Below, piece by piece: positions 34,473 through 43,002 of a stretch of DNA of 64,000 bases. This DNA comes from an uncultured Oscillospiraceae bacterium. GTDB taxonomy: Bacteria > Bacillota > Clostridia > Oscillospirales > Ruminococcaceae. Made by a program: the position numbers and the translations under genes. The DNA is taken from NCBI GenBank assembly GCA_904396495.1, contig CAJFOJ010000034.1:113-64112 (forward strand). The letters are read 5' to 3'. Under the pieces are notes generated by a model that had not been told where the DNA came from, ran no database searches, and worked only from the letters and a program-made list of their open reading frames with translations. Within the stretch, counting starts at the first letter, position 1. Each line of letters begins with the position of its first letter.

Positions 34473-34625
34473 GTGGTATTTATCGAAGAATCTTCTGCTT
34501 TTTATGAGATGATTCAAAAAATGATTGAACAAACTGTATTGTATCAATTAAAGGAAGAAAATTACATAAAGGACGCTCAATACAACGCAATTATTAGAAA
34601 AATGCAAAACGATTTAACACAATAA
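34473..34625 (+). CDS. Small ORF (50 aa from GTG; 38 aa from ATG 34509) directly upstream of the recombinase
   Basis: VVFIEESSAFYEMIQKMIEQTVLYQLKEENYIKDAQYNAIIRKMQNDLTQ. GAGG overlaps the GTG. Coding status uncertain. Confidence 0.25.
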   Translation: MVFIEESSAFYEMIQKMIEQTVLYQLKEENYIKDAQYNAIIRKMQNDLTQ

Positions 34626-34628
34626 TAC

Positions 34629-34670
34629 TTGATAGTCTAGCCTTACTTATGTATAGTATAAGTAAGGCTA
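34629..34670 (+). promoter_or_regulatory. Near-consensus sigma-A-type promoter overlapped by a perfect 13-bp palindrome (candidate operator) upstream of the recombinase
   Basis: TTGATA (34629-34634), 17-nt spacer, TATAGT (34652-34657). Palindrome TAGCCTTACTTAT (34638-34650) / ATAAGTAAGGCTA (34658-34670). Confidence 0.5.
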
Positions 34671-34717
34671 AAACTTTAGGGGTTTCTTTCGTTTTGCGGA
34701 AAGGAGAAAGAAACTAC

Positions 34718-36310
34718 ATGAATGTTGCAGCGTATTGTAGAGTATCAACCGATGAGGAGGATCAAAAAAACAGTTTTGAGAGTCAGAAGTTATATTTTGA
34801 GAATTATATAAACAATAATCCAGAATGGAGCCTGGTAAATATTTATGCTGATGAAGGAATTACAGGTACAAACACTAAAAAAAGAGTTCAATTCCAAAAA
34901 ATGATTAATGACGCTTCTAAAGGGATCATCGATCTTATTTTGACGAAAGAAGTTTCACGCTTTGCCAGAAACACTGTAGATACTCTATCTTACACAAGAC
35001 AACTAAAATCATGGAACGTAGGGGTGATATTTTTATCAGATAATATCAACACGCTTGATAACGATGGAGAGTTGCGTTTAACAATCATGGCATCTATGGC
35101 TCAAGAGGAGTCGAGAAAGACGTCTGAACGTGTCAAATGGGGAATAAAGCGTAAAATGGAAAACGGGTTTGTTTTTGCTCCGGATCTTTTAGGATACGAT
35201 GTGAGAAATGGCAAGATATCGATTAACGAGGAAGAAGCTGTTACAGTCAGGAAGATTTTCGATATGTTTACAAACCAGAAAAAATCTGCACATGCCATAG
35301 CCAAAGAATTCACAGAGCAAGGAATAGAACCGGTAAAAAGAATGAAATCTTGGTCGTCAACCACTATTTATAGGATACTAAAAAACGAGAAATACGTTGG
35401 GGATTTATTACAAAAAAAGAAAATTACAGAAGATTTCCTATCTCACAAATTAGTCGATAACGATGGGCAAGAGGAAAAAATATTTATTGCGAATCATCAT
35501 GACCCAATTATAGACAGAGAATTGTGGGAAGAAACTCAAAGGATCATTACTTTAAATAAACTTACTAACCAAAGAGATAAAGTGTCTAATGTCTACTGGT
35601 GCTCCGGTAAAATTATTTGTGGATTATGTGGCAAACACTTTTCAATAAGGGCGAAAAAGCTCAAGAGCGGCAGGATCGTCAGGTCGTGGAAGTGTATTGA
35701 AAGGATGCATTTTGGTGTCAAAAAGATCAATGGTCTGGGCAAAGAAATAGGGTGTGACAATCCTTATATAAATCAAATTGCCTTAGAGAATTGTATCAAA
35801 TTTGCATTATCAAAGATATTGACGATAAATCAAGAAGATATTCTAAAAGATCTTAAAAGCTACATTGATTCATTATCCCGTAATGACGACTCAGAGGATG
35901 CCGAAATTGATCTTTTAAACAAAAAGATCAAAGAATCTGAAAAGAAAAAATTAAAAATAATAAAAATGTATATCGATGAACAAATTGAAGAATCGGAAAT
36001 GATGAAACTAAAGGAACAATATGATGTCGAAATAGACAAAATGAAGAAAAGAATTTTATTATTAATGCAACAAAAAAAGTCATCAACCCAAACGTATAAC
36101 TCCATTGATAATATTTTTAATAAAGTGAAAGATATTGTCGAAAATGAAAAGTATTACAACGAAAACTTTTATAATAAAATAGTTGATAAAATGGTTGCGT
36201 TTCCAGGAATAATCGACATTTATTTTAGAAATTTTCCGATACCAATTAAAGTTAAGTACCAGACAAAAGGTAGAGGAAAAAGCTATCAAACACTGTGTGA
36301 GTTAGTTTGA
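34718..36310 (+). CDS. Large serine recombinase (integrase/excisionase of the element)
   Basis: AAYCRVSTDEEDQ catalytic Ser region, SRFARN, recombinase domain, zinc-ribbon Cys pairs (CSGKIICGLCG ... WKC) and a long coiled-coil tail. Start after GGAAAGGAGAAAG. Confidence 0.9.
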   Translation: MNVAAYCRVSTDEEDQKNSFESQKLYFENYINNNPEWSLVNIYADEGITGTNTKKRVQFQKMINDASKGIIDLILTKEVSRFARNTVDTLSYTRQLKSWNVGVIFLSDNINTLDNDGELRLTIMASMAQEESRKTSERVKWGIKRKMENGFVFAPDLLGYDVRNGKISINEEEAVTVRKIFDMFTNQKKSAHAIAKEFTEQGIEPVKRMKSWSSTTIYRILKNEKYVGDLLQKKKITEDFLSHKLVDNDGQEEKIFIANHHDPIIDRELWEETQRIITLNKLTNQRDKVSNVYWCSGKIICGLCGKHFSIRAKKLKSGRIVRSWKCIERMHFGVKKINGLGKEIGCDNPYINQIALENCIKFALSKILTINQEDILKDLKSYIDSLSRNDDSEDAEIDLLNKKIKESEKKKLKIIKMYIDEQIEESEMMKLKEQYDVEIDKMKKRILLLMQQKKSSTQTYNSIDNIFNKVKDIVENEKYYNENFYNKIVDKMVAFPGIIDIYFRNFPIPIKVKYQTKGRGKSYQTLCELV

Positions 36311-36317
36311 AATCGCC

Positions 36318-36335
36318 ATATTATACCTTAACACC
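36318..36335 (+). repeat. attR element-side arm ATATTATACCTTAACA plus core CC
   Basis: Inverted partner of 19961-19976. Host coding sequence resumes at 36336. Confidence 0.65.
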
Positions 36336-36756
36336 GCCAATGGCGGTAAGCCCCATCGATAAAGTCCGGGAAGTGCTGGATTACGCTGTCACCGAAATCG
36401 ATTCAAAAAAAATTTTTTTAGGAGTACCCAATTATGGCTACGATTGGATGCTTCCCTTTGTACAGGGTGAATCCAGGGCTACTCTGATTTCCAATGTCCA
36501 CGCTGTGGAGCTCGCCCGACAGTACGGTGCGGAGATTCAGTTTGATGAGACTGCGCAAGCTCCCTTTTTCCGTTATTATGACAGGCAGGGTAGGCAGCAC
36601 GAGGTCTGGTTTGAGGATGCCCGCAGCATCCGCAGAAAGCTTCAACTGGTTCCCGAATACGGTTTTCAGGGGGTGGGTTATTGGAACCTGATGCGCCCGT
36701 TTCCGCAAAACTGGACAGTTTTAAATGCTCTTTACCATATTCGCAAAATTTTGTAA
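36336..36756 (+). CDS. 3' segment of the split LysM-GH18 (YaaH/SleL-type) gene
   Basis: (P)PMAVSPIDKVREVLDYA...LGVPNYGYDW...GVGYWNL is the C-terminal half of a GH18 barrel. It is in frame with 19098-19960. The track ORF from 36307 uses an element-derived TTG. Confidence 0.8.
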
Positions 36757-36765
36757 AATTTAGGT

Positions 36766-36794
36766 AAAAAGAAGGCTGCATCAGCCTTCTTTTT
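36766..36794 (+). terminator. Rho-independent terminator of the GH18 gene
   Basis: 13-bp perfect stem AAAAAGAAGGCTG/CAGCCTTCTTTTT with loop CAT. Confidence 0.75.
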
Positions 36795-36930
36795 ACATTT
36801 ATTGTCACCATATTATGAGAATCAAATTTTGCCTAGTTGTTATAATAAATAAAAAAGAAAAAAGGCCCAATAGCTGCGTTGTCATTTTGAGATAATATTG
36901 TTTTAATTTGAGAATTTTACCCATTTTTTG

Positions 36931-36959
36931 TTGACGACTCCGTTTAAAAACGGTATAAT
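36931..36959 (+). promoter_or_regulatory. Consensus-like sigma-A promoter for polysaccharide locus 2
   Basis: TTGACG (36931-36936), 17-nt spacer containing the palindrome CCGTTTAAAAACGG, then TATAAT (36954-36959). About 130-nt leader before 37091. Confidence 0.55.
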
Positions 36960-37090
36960 AGCAAAGAAAGGTTTTTTGTATAATATAGATAAACATTTTA
37001 TTATTTATTGACGCTTTTGTTCGATTTCTGTTGAAATGGAACGATGATCGTTGTGACTGAGAATCAAAATTATTAAAAAGAGGAAGAAAA

Positions 37091-37813
37091 ATGGAAGAAA
37101 AAATGATTGAAATTGATTTAAAGGCGTTACTGAACATTTTTCGGAAGCGCTGGGCGTGGATTGCCGCCACCACAGTGGCGGGATTTTTAGTTTTGTTGAT
37201 GGTATCTTTGTTTATGCTCCCCCGGAAATACACTTCCTCGGTTTCACTTTATGTAAACAACCTGACTTCCGTCTCTACAACAGGTGGCGTGAACATCAAT
37301 GATATTAATGCTTCTCAGAAATTAGTCGACACCTATGTGGTCATCCTGCAGGATGACGATGTGCTTCAACAGGTGGCGGATCAATTGAGTACGCCCATGA
37401 CTGTGAGTGAACTTTCCTCGGTGATTTCGATGGAGTCGGTGAATCAGACAGAGGTGCTGCAAATATCCGCTGAAACGGTCGATCCGGAGCTTTCCGCGGA
37501 AATCTGCAACACTTTGGCGGAGGTAGCCCCTTCTGTTTTGCAGCGGGTGGTAAAAGCCGGTTCAGTAGAGGTGATTGGCTCTGCCAAGCCGTCGCAGACT
37601 GCCACTTCCCCCAACGTAAAACTTTATGCTTTGATGGGTGCTTTGCTTGGTTTGGTTCTCTCTATAGGTGCCAGCATTATGATCTTCCTGCTGGATAACA
37701 CGGTCAAGGGCGAGGAAGACTTAAAGAACCGTTTGGATATTCCGGTGTTGGGAGAAATTCCCAGTTTTGACAATACTGCTTCCAGGAGGAAAAAACATGC
37801 TAAATCAAAATAA
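37091..37813 (+). CDS. Wzz/CpsC-type chain-length regulator (tyrosine-kinase modulator)
   Basis: IEIDLKALLNIFRKRWAWI + TM ... C-terminal TM LGLVLSIGASIMIFLL. PCP-2b architecture. Confidence 0.85.
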   Translation: MEEKMIEIDLKALLNIFRKRWAWIAATTVAGFLVLLMVSLFMLPRKYTSSVSLYVNNLTSVSTTGGVNINDINASQKLVDTYVVILQDDDVLQQVADQLSTPMTVSELSSVISMESVNQTEVLQISAETVDPELSAEICNTLAEVAPSVLQRVVKAGSVEVIGSAKPSQTATSPNVKLYALMGALLGLVLSIGASIMIFLLDNTVKGEEDLKNRLDIPVLGEIPSFDNTASRRKKHAKSK

Positions 37814-38525
37814 GAAAGTGCCCAGTGTTTCGTCGCGGGTTCAGAATAGATTAAATCAGGCCATTCCGTTTCAAATTGTCGAAGCATATAAAAACATTCG
37901 AACGAGTCTACTATTCTCGCTGGCTCCCGCCTCTCAAAAGAGCATTGTCGTCTCCAGCGCCGAACCGGATTCCGGAAAATCTACAACTTGTTCCAACCTG
38001 GCCATCACCATGTCCCAGACCGGGGCAAGGGTTTTACTGGTGGATGCCGATATGAGGAAACCAGTGCAGCACAAAATATTTCAGGTGAACAACACCACCG
38101 GCTTGTCGGAGTTGCTGGGAGGCTTTGCCAAATTAAACGATGCCATCCATTCCGATGTGGCGTCTAAGCTCGACTTGATTACAGCGGGTCCCATTCCGCC
38201 CAATCCTTCTGAATTGTTAGGGTTTGAAAGCTTGGAGAAACTGCTGGAAGTGCTCTCAGAGCACTATGACTATATCTTTATTGACACGCCGCCCGTCAAC
38301 GTGGTAGCGGACTCCCTTTTGTTCTGCGGCAAAACCGCAGGTACCCTTTTGGTGGCACGTCAAAAGCAGACCACCTACGACGAATTGGACAAGGCTATCG
38401 ACAGCATCAAAGCCATTGACGGGAATATTCTGGGCGTTGTCATCACCGACGTCAAAGAAAAAGAGAAACCTTATACCTATTATAAGAGCTATAAATCTTA
38501 TGATTACCAGTATGGAAGGTCGTAG
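37797..38525 (+). CDS. BY-kinase (CpsD/EpsB/YveL-type tyrosine autokinase)
   Basis: Walker A EPDSGKST, LLVDADMRKP, and a C-terminal Tyr cluster YTYYKSYKSYDYQYG. Start after CAGGAGGAA. Confidence 0.9.
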   Translation: MLNQNKKVPSVSSRVQNRLNQAIPFQIVEAYKNIRTSLLFSLAPASQKSIVVSSAEPDSGKSTTCSNLAITMSQTGARVLLVDADMRKPVQHKIFQVNNTTGLSELLGGFAKLNDAIHSDVASKLDLITAGPIPPNPSELLGFESLEKLLEVLSEHYDYIFIDTPPVNVVADSLLFCGKTAGTLLVARQKQTTYDELDKAIDSIKAIDGNILGVVITDVKEKEKPYTYYKSYKSYDYQYGRS

Positions 38526-38530
38526 GAAAG

Positions 38531-39187
38531 ATGATTACGGACTATCATTGTCATTGTTTACCACAGATGGACGACGGCTCCCGTTCCGTGGAGATGTCGG
38601 TTCAAATGCTTAAAAAGCTGCAGCTGCAAAATGTAAACAAGGTCATGGCGACACCCCATTACTATCCTCATAAAGAAGACGTCGCCTCTTTCCTAAACAG
38701 GAGAGAGGTTTCCTATAATGCGCTGCTTCAGGCCATTGCTGACGACGCGAACTTACCAGAGGTTGAGCTGGGAGCGGAGGTATATCTTTGTAAGGGGTTA
38801 TCAAGGGAAAACCTTTCCGGCCTTTGCACGGAAAGCGGGACGATTTTATTGGAATTGCCCTTCAGTTCCTTTAAATCCTGGATGCTTGATGAAATAGAAA
38901 ATATAACCTATCAGTTTTCGGTGGTTCCTGTAATCGCCCATATAGAGCGCTATCTGCCATTTTATCACAAAGAGGATTTTGAGCGGCTATTCTCTTTTGA
39001 AGAGGCGGTCTGGCAAATCAACAATTCGGCATTTTCCCATTTAAAGACAAAACTGTTTGTCCAAAAACTCCTCCATCAGGGCTACCAGGTTGTCCTGGGC
39101 AGCGATGCCCACAACCTTTCCAATCGGGCTCCGAATTTTGACCAGGTTCAGAAGTATCTGAAAAAATACCCGCAGATAAACGGATAA
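38531..39187 (+). CDS. PHP-family protein-tyrosine phosphatase (CpsB/YwqE-type)
   Basis: N-terminal DYHCHCLPQMDDGS, internal ATPHY, C-terminal GSDAHN. Confidence 0.85.
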   Translation: MITDYHCHCLPQMDDGSRSVEMSVQMLKKLQLQNVNKVMATPHYYPHKEDVASFLNRREVSYNALLQAIADDANLPEVELGAEVYLCKGLSRENLSGLCTESGTILLELPFSSFKSWMLDEIENITYQFSVVPVIAHIERYLPFYHKEDFERLFSFEEAVWQINNSAFSHLKTKLFVQKLLHQGYQVVLGSDAHNLSNRAPNFDQVQKYLKKYPQING

Positions 39188-39250
39188 AAAGCAGGATTTA
39201 TCTAAACAGAAAAAAGATACAATTGTTATCCTTGTGGTAGTGGGAGAGAA

Positions 39251-41374
39251 ATGATGTACAAGCAAAAGAAGAATCCAGATACCAGTACATTACTGACTGC
39301 AGCAAATGATGGGAAGAAAAGGCATAAATTACTTGAGCACTGGAAAATCATCGCATTCTATCTATTTATGTACGATATTTTCGCCATAAATTTTTCTTAT
39401 TTTTTAGGGCTATGGATGCGTTTTGACTTTTACTTTTCCAATATTCCCAGGGAATATCTCGATGCCTTTTTAAAATTTGCACCCTTTTATACCATTTTTT
39501 CCCTGTCTGTTTTTTATATTTTAAAGCTTTATAACAGCATATGGCGCTTTGCCAGCTTTAATGAATTAAATCGGATTGTTGCTGCGACGCTGATCACGAC
39601 AGTATTTCACACTGTGACGATCACGATATTTGTTAAACGGATGCCGATATCCTATTATGTTGTGGGGGCAATGGCCCAGCTTTTGCTGACCGTTGCCATA
39701 CGGTTTGGCTACCGTTATTTTTTGCTGGAACGGAAAAGACGGCAAAAGATTGCACAAGCGGAAAAACATGTGATGATTGTTGGAGCTGGTGCGGCCGGAC
39801 AGGTGCTTTTGCGGGAACTTCTGCACTCTAAACAGGCGGAAGCAAAGCCCTGCTGTCTCATCGACGACAATTCCAATAAATGGGGACGGTTTATCGAAGG
39901 GGTACCCATCGTCGGTGGTCGGGACGACATTTTAGTCAATGCGAAAAAGTACAAGATTGACCAAATTTTATTTGCCATTCCTACAGCGACTGCGGAGCAG
40001 AGACGTGATATCCTAAATATCTGCAAAGAAACCGGATGTGAACTGAAACGATTACCGGGTATGTACCAATTGGTCAACGGCGAAGTTTCGTTGAGCAAAA
40101 TGAAATCGGTTGCGGTAGAAGACCTGCTTGGCAGGGCTCCTATCAAGGTCAATATGGACGAAATCTTCCAATATATACGGGGAAAAACAATCCTTGTAAC
40201 GGGAGGCGGCGGTTCCATAGGCAGCGAGCTCTGCCGGCAGATTGCAGGGCATGAACCCAAAATGCTCATCATTTTTGATATCTATGAGAATAACGCCTAT
40301 GCCATTGAGCAGGAACTGAAGACCAGCCATCCTGATTTGAACTTAAAAGTGCTCATTGGCTCCGTCCGAGACAGTAAAAGGATTAACAGCGTGTTTTCAC
40401 AGTATAAACCGGACATCGTCTATCACGCTGCCGCTCATAAGCATGTCCCCTTGATGGAAGAAAGTCCCTGTGAGGCCATCAAAAACAATGTGGTCGGCAC
40501 TTATAAGACGGCGTACGCCGCACTGCAATACGGTTGCCGAAAGTTTGTGCTCATCAGTACCGACAAGGCAGTTAACCCCACCAACATCATGGGGGCCAGC
40601 AAGCGGTTATGTGAAATGATTATCCAAAGTATGGAAAAAGTGAGCCGGGAGGGACGAAAAGATTGGTTGCCTCTCATCGGGGTATCTAACAGTGATGGGA
40701 CAGTACTGCACGACGCGGAAGGACAGCCTCACGTGAATGAAATTAAAAACGAGGCAAATAGGCAGACGAGAACGGAATTTGTTGCCGTTCGTTTTGGCAA
40801 TGTGTTGGGCAGCAACGGTTCGGTGATCCCGCTTTTTCGCAAGCAAATCGAACGAGGCGGCCCAGTTACGGTGACACATCCGGACATTATCCGTTATTTT
40901 ATGACCATTCCGGAGGCGGTCAGCCTGGTGATGCAGGCGGGCGTCTACGCCAAAGGCGGGGAGATTTTTGTCTTGGACATGGGAGCTCCAGTCAAAATCG
41001 ATACCTTGGCGCGGAATTTAATCAAGCTTTCCGGTTATAAACCGGATGTGGATATCAAAATCGTTTACACTGGCCTCCGTCCAGGAGAGAAGTTGTACGA
41101 GGAAAAACTGATGGCAGAAGAGGGCTTGGAGAAAACACCGAATGAGCTTATTCACATCGGCAAGCCGATTCCTTTTGATGTGGAACAGTTTTTTAGTCAA
41201 TTGGAGGCACTGACCAAGCTAAGCTATGAGGAAAGCCCTTTAATACCTCAGATGGTGGAAGCGATGGTGCCGACCTACCATTCCCCAGAATCAGATTTGG
41301 AATCCTGCCAAGAGGTCTATAAAGATTTGATAAAACAAGCCTCGGCTTCTCGTGGAGAGAAGTATTTTGCGTAA
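39251..41374 (+). CDS. Membrane-bound UDP-sugar 4,6-dehydratase (CapD/PglF/EpsC family)
   Basis: Four N-terminal TMs, two Rossmann motifs (VGAGAAG, VTGGGGSIGSEL), YHAAAHKHVP and RFGNVLGS. Confidence 0.85.
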   Translation: MMYKQKKNPDTSTLLTAANDGKKRHKLLEHWKIIAFYLFMYDIFAINFSYFLGLWMRFDFYFSNIPREYLDAFLKFAPFYTIFSLSVFYILKLYNSIWRFASFNELNRIVAATLITTVFHTVTITIFVKRMPISYYVVGAMAQLLLTVAIRFGYRYFLLERKRRQKIAQAEKHVMIVGAGAAGQVLLRELLHSKQAEAKPCCLIDDNSNKWGRFIEGVPIVGGRDDILVNAKKYKIDQILFAIPTATAEQRRDILNICKETGCELKRLPGMYQLVNGEVSLSKMKSVAVEDLLGRAPIKVNMDEIFQYIRGKTILVTGGGGSIGSELCRQIAGHEPKMLIIFDIYENNAYAIEQELKTSHPDLNLKVLIGSVRDSKRINSVFSQYKPDIVYHAAAHKHVPLMEESPCEAIKNNVVGTYKTAYAALQYGCRKFVLISTDKAVNPTNIMGASKRLCEMIIQSMEKVSREGRKDWLPLIGVSNSDGTVLHDAEGQPHVNEIKNEANRQTRTEFVAVRFGNVLGSNGSVIPLFRKQIERGGPVTVTHPDIIRYFMTIPEAVSLVMQAGVYAKGGEIFVLDMGAPVKIDTLARNLIKLSGYKPDVDIKIVYTGLRPGEKLYEEKLMAEEGLEKTPNELIHIGKPIPFDVEQFFSQLEALTKLSYEESPLIPQMVEAMVPTYHSPESDLESCQEVYKDLIKQASASRGEKYFA

Positions 41375-41506
41375 GAATAGAGGGAGTTTTTTAGACTGTT
41401 TAAATATCAATATGAAAAGGATCACTTTGAAGCAAGGGGCTAGGATCAGAATCCAACATTGAAGACTGGCCTGTATTTTTAGGGATTAAGACGAAAGAGG
41501 AGTACG

Positions 41507-42766
41507 ATGGCTAAGAAAATTGAAAAATTTCCCTCTAAGATTTGGCTCAGTTCGCCTACGATGCACGGGCCTGAGATTAAATATATGACAGAAGCCTATC
41601 AGACAAACTGGATGTCTACTGTTGGGGAAAATCTCAATGAGATTGAACGTCTCGCTTGCGAAAAAGTGGGGTGCCAATATGCAGTGGGCCTTTCTAGCGG
41701 AACAGCTGCTTTGCATATGGCGGTAAAATTGGCAGGTGTACAGCCTGGAGACAGAGTGTTCTGTTCAGATATGACTTTTGGTGCTACGGTAAATCCGGTG
41801 AGATATGAAGGCGGAGAACCGGTTTTTATTGATACAGAATATGATACTTGGAATATGGATCCTATCGCGCTTTCAAAGGCGTTTGAGCTTTATCCTGAAG
41901 TAAATGTAGTTGTGGTTGCACATCTTTATGGAACCCCATGTAAGATGAATGAAATCAGGGAAATTTGTAATCAACATGGCGCTGTCCTCATTGAAGATGC
42001 CGCTGAGTCATTGGGTGCGACCTACAAAGGTATTCAAACTGGAAAGCTTGGTAAATACAACGCCATATCTTTTAATGGGAATAAGATTATAACCGGATCC
42101 TCTGGCGGCATGCTGTTGACAGACGATGAAGAAGCAGCGCAAAAGGTGAGAAAATGGTCTACCCAGGCGAGGGAAAACGCTCCTTGGTATCAACACGAAG
42201 AACTTGGCTACAACTACCGAATGAGCAATGTAATTGCTGGTGTAGTGAGGGGGCAGTTCCCCTATTTAGAGGAGCATATCGCGCAGAAGAAAGCAATTTA
42301 TGAACGATATCGGGATGGCTTTTTAGATTTGCCGATAGAGATGAATCCATATGATGTGAAAAACAGTGAACCGAACTTTTGGTTATCCTGTATGCTGATC
42401 CATCCGCAAGCGATGTGTAAGCAGGTCCGCGGAGAGCGGGAGGCGCTCTATATTAGCGAGCCGGGGAAGAGTTGTCCGACAGAGATACTGGAAACCCTAG
42501 CAAAATATAATGCCGAAGGTCGCCCAATTTGGAAGCCAATGCATATGCAGCCGATATATCGAATGAATGGATTTGTCACCCGGGAAGGAAACGGCAGGGG
42601 AAAGACAAATGCTTATATTAACGGCGGGGCGGTCGGCAAAGACAACAAGCCTTTGGATGTTGGGATGGATATATTTCGGAGAGGGCTCTGCCTGCCAAGC
42701 GATAACAAGATGACGCCAGAAATACAAGACTGCATTATTGAAATTATCAAACGATGTTTCTTATAA
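41507..42766 (+). CDS. DegT/DnrJ/EryC1/StrS-family PLP aminotransferase (PglE-like)
   Basis: GTAALHMA, DAAESLGA and SFNGNKIITGSSGGML (PLP-Lys region). Confidence 0.85.
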   Translation: MAKKIEKFPSKIWLSSPTMHGPEIKYMTEAYQTNWMSTVGENLNEIERLACEKVGCQYAVGLSSGTAALHMAVKLAGVQPGDRVFCSDMTFGATVNPVRYEGGEPVFIDTEYDTWNMDPIALSKAFELYPEVNVVVVAHLYGTPCKMNEIREICNQHGAVLIEDAAESLGATYKGIQTGKLGKYNAISFNGNKIITGSSGGMLLTDDEEAAQKVRKWSTQARENAPWYQHEELGYNYRMSNVIAGVVRGQFPYLEEHIAQKKAIYERYRDGFLDLPIEMNPYDVKNSEPNFWLSCMLIHPQAMCKQVRGEREALYISEPGKSCPTEILETLAKYNAEGRPIWKPMHMQPIYRMNGFVTREGNGRGKTNAYINGGAVGKDNKPLDVGMDIFRRGLCLPSDNKMTPEIQDCIIEIIKRCFL

Positions 42767-42768
42767 GC

Positions 42769-42960
42769 GAGAGTAATGGATACGATAATCATATAGGCGA
42801 TTTTGTCCATGTGTCAGTCGGTGCAAAGTTAAATGATTCAGAAAAGGGAGACAAGGTACAGGGATTGGAATTGTAGTAAGTATTTTTGTCCAAAAACACA
42901 TAAGAAAAATTCAGTGGAAAATTGTTCATTAACCACCACTATGAATGATATGTTTGTGAT
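42769..42960 (+). pseudogene. Decayed hexapeptide acetyltransferase (PglD/NeuD-like) relic
   Basis: Reads ...DNHIGDFVHVSVGAKL..., paralogous to DNYIEDFVHISVGAKL in the intact gene at 45269-45895. Downstream GIGIVVS appears only after frameshifts. Confidence 0.5.
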
Positions 42961-43002
42961 AAGTGTTTTGAATAAAATTACGAAGTAAGGAAGTATATTA
43001 GT

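Larger units (their letters stand above)
19961..36335. mobile_element. About 16.4-kb integrated element (decayed prophage / serine-recombinase intervening element) splitting the GH18 gene
   Basis: The two gene halves abut its ends. A large serine recombinase ends 8 bp from the right arm. Terminal 16-nt imperfect inverted repeats flank a shared CC dinucleotide. Sharp drop in GC at both junctions. Confidence 0.8.

Noticed and set aside
19961-36335. Interpretation of the element as an intact prophage or a conjugative element
   Set aside because: There are no capsid, portal or terminase genes, no replication or repressor genes, and no relaxase, T4SS or coupling protein. Only lysis and late remnants plus cargo are present.
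36805-37233. 142-aa minus-strand ORF across the locus-2 promoter region
   Set aside because: It runs through an AT-rich intergenic promoter and leader and into the start of the CpsC-like gene. It has low-complexity sequence and no RBS.
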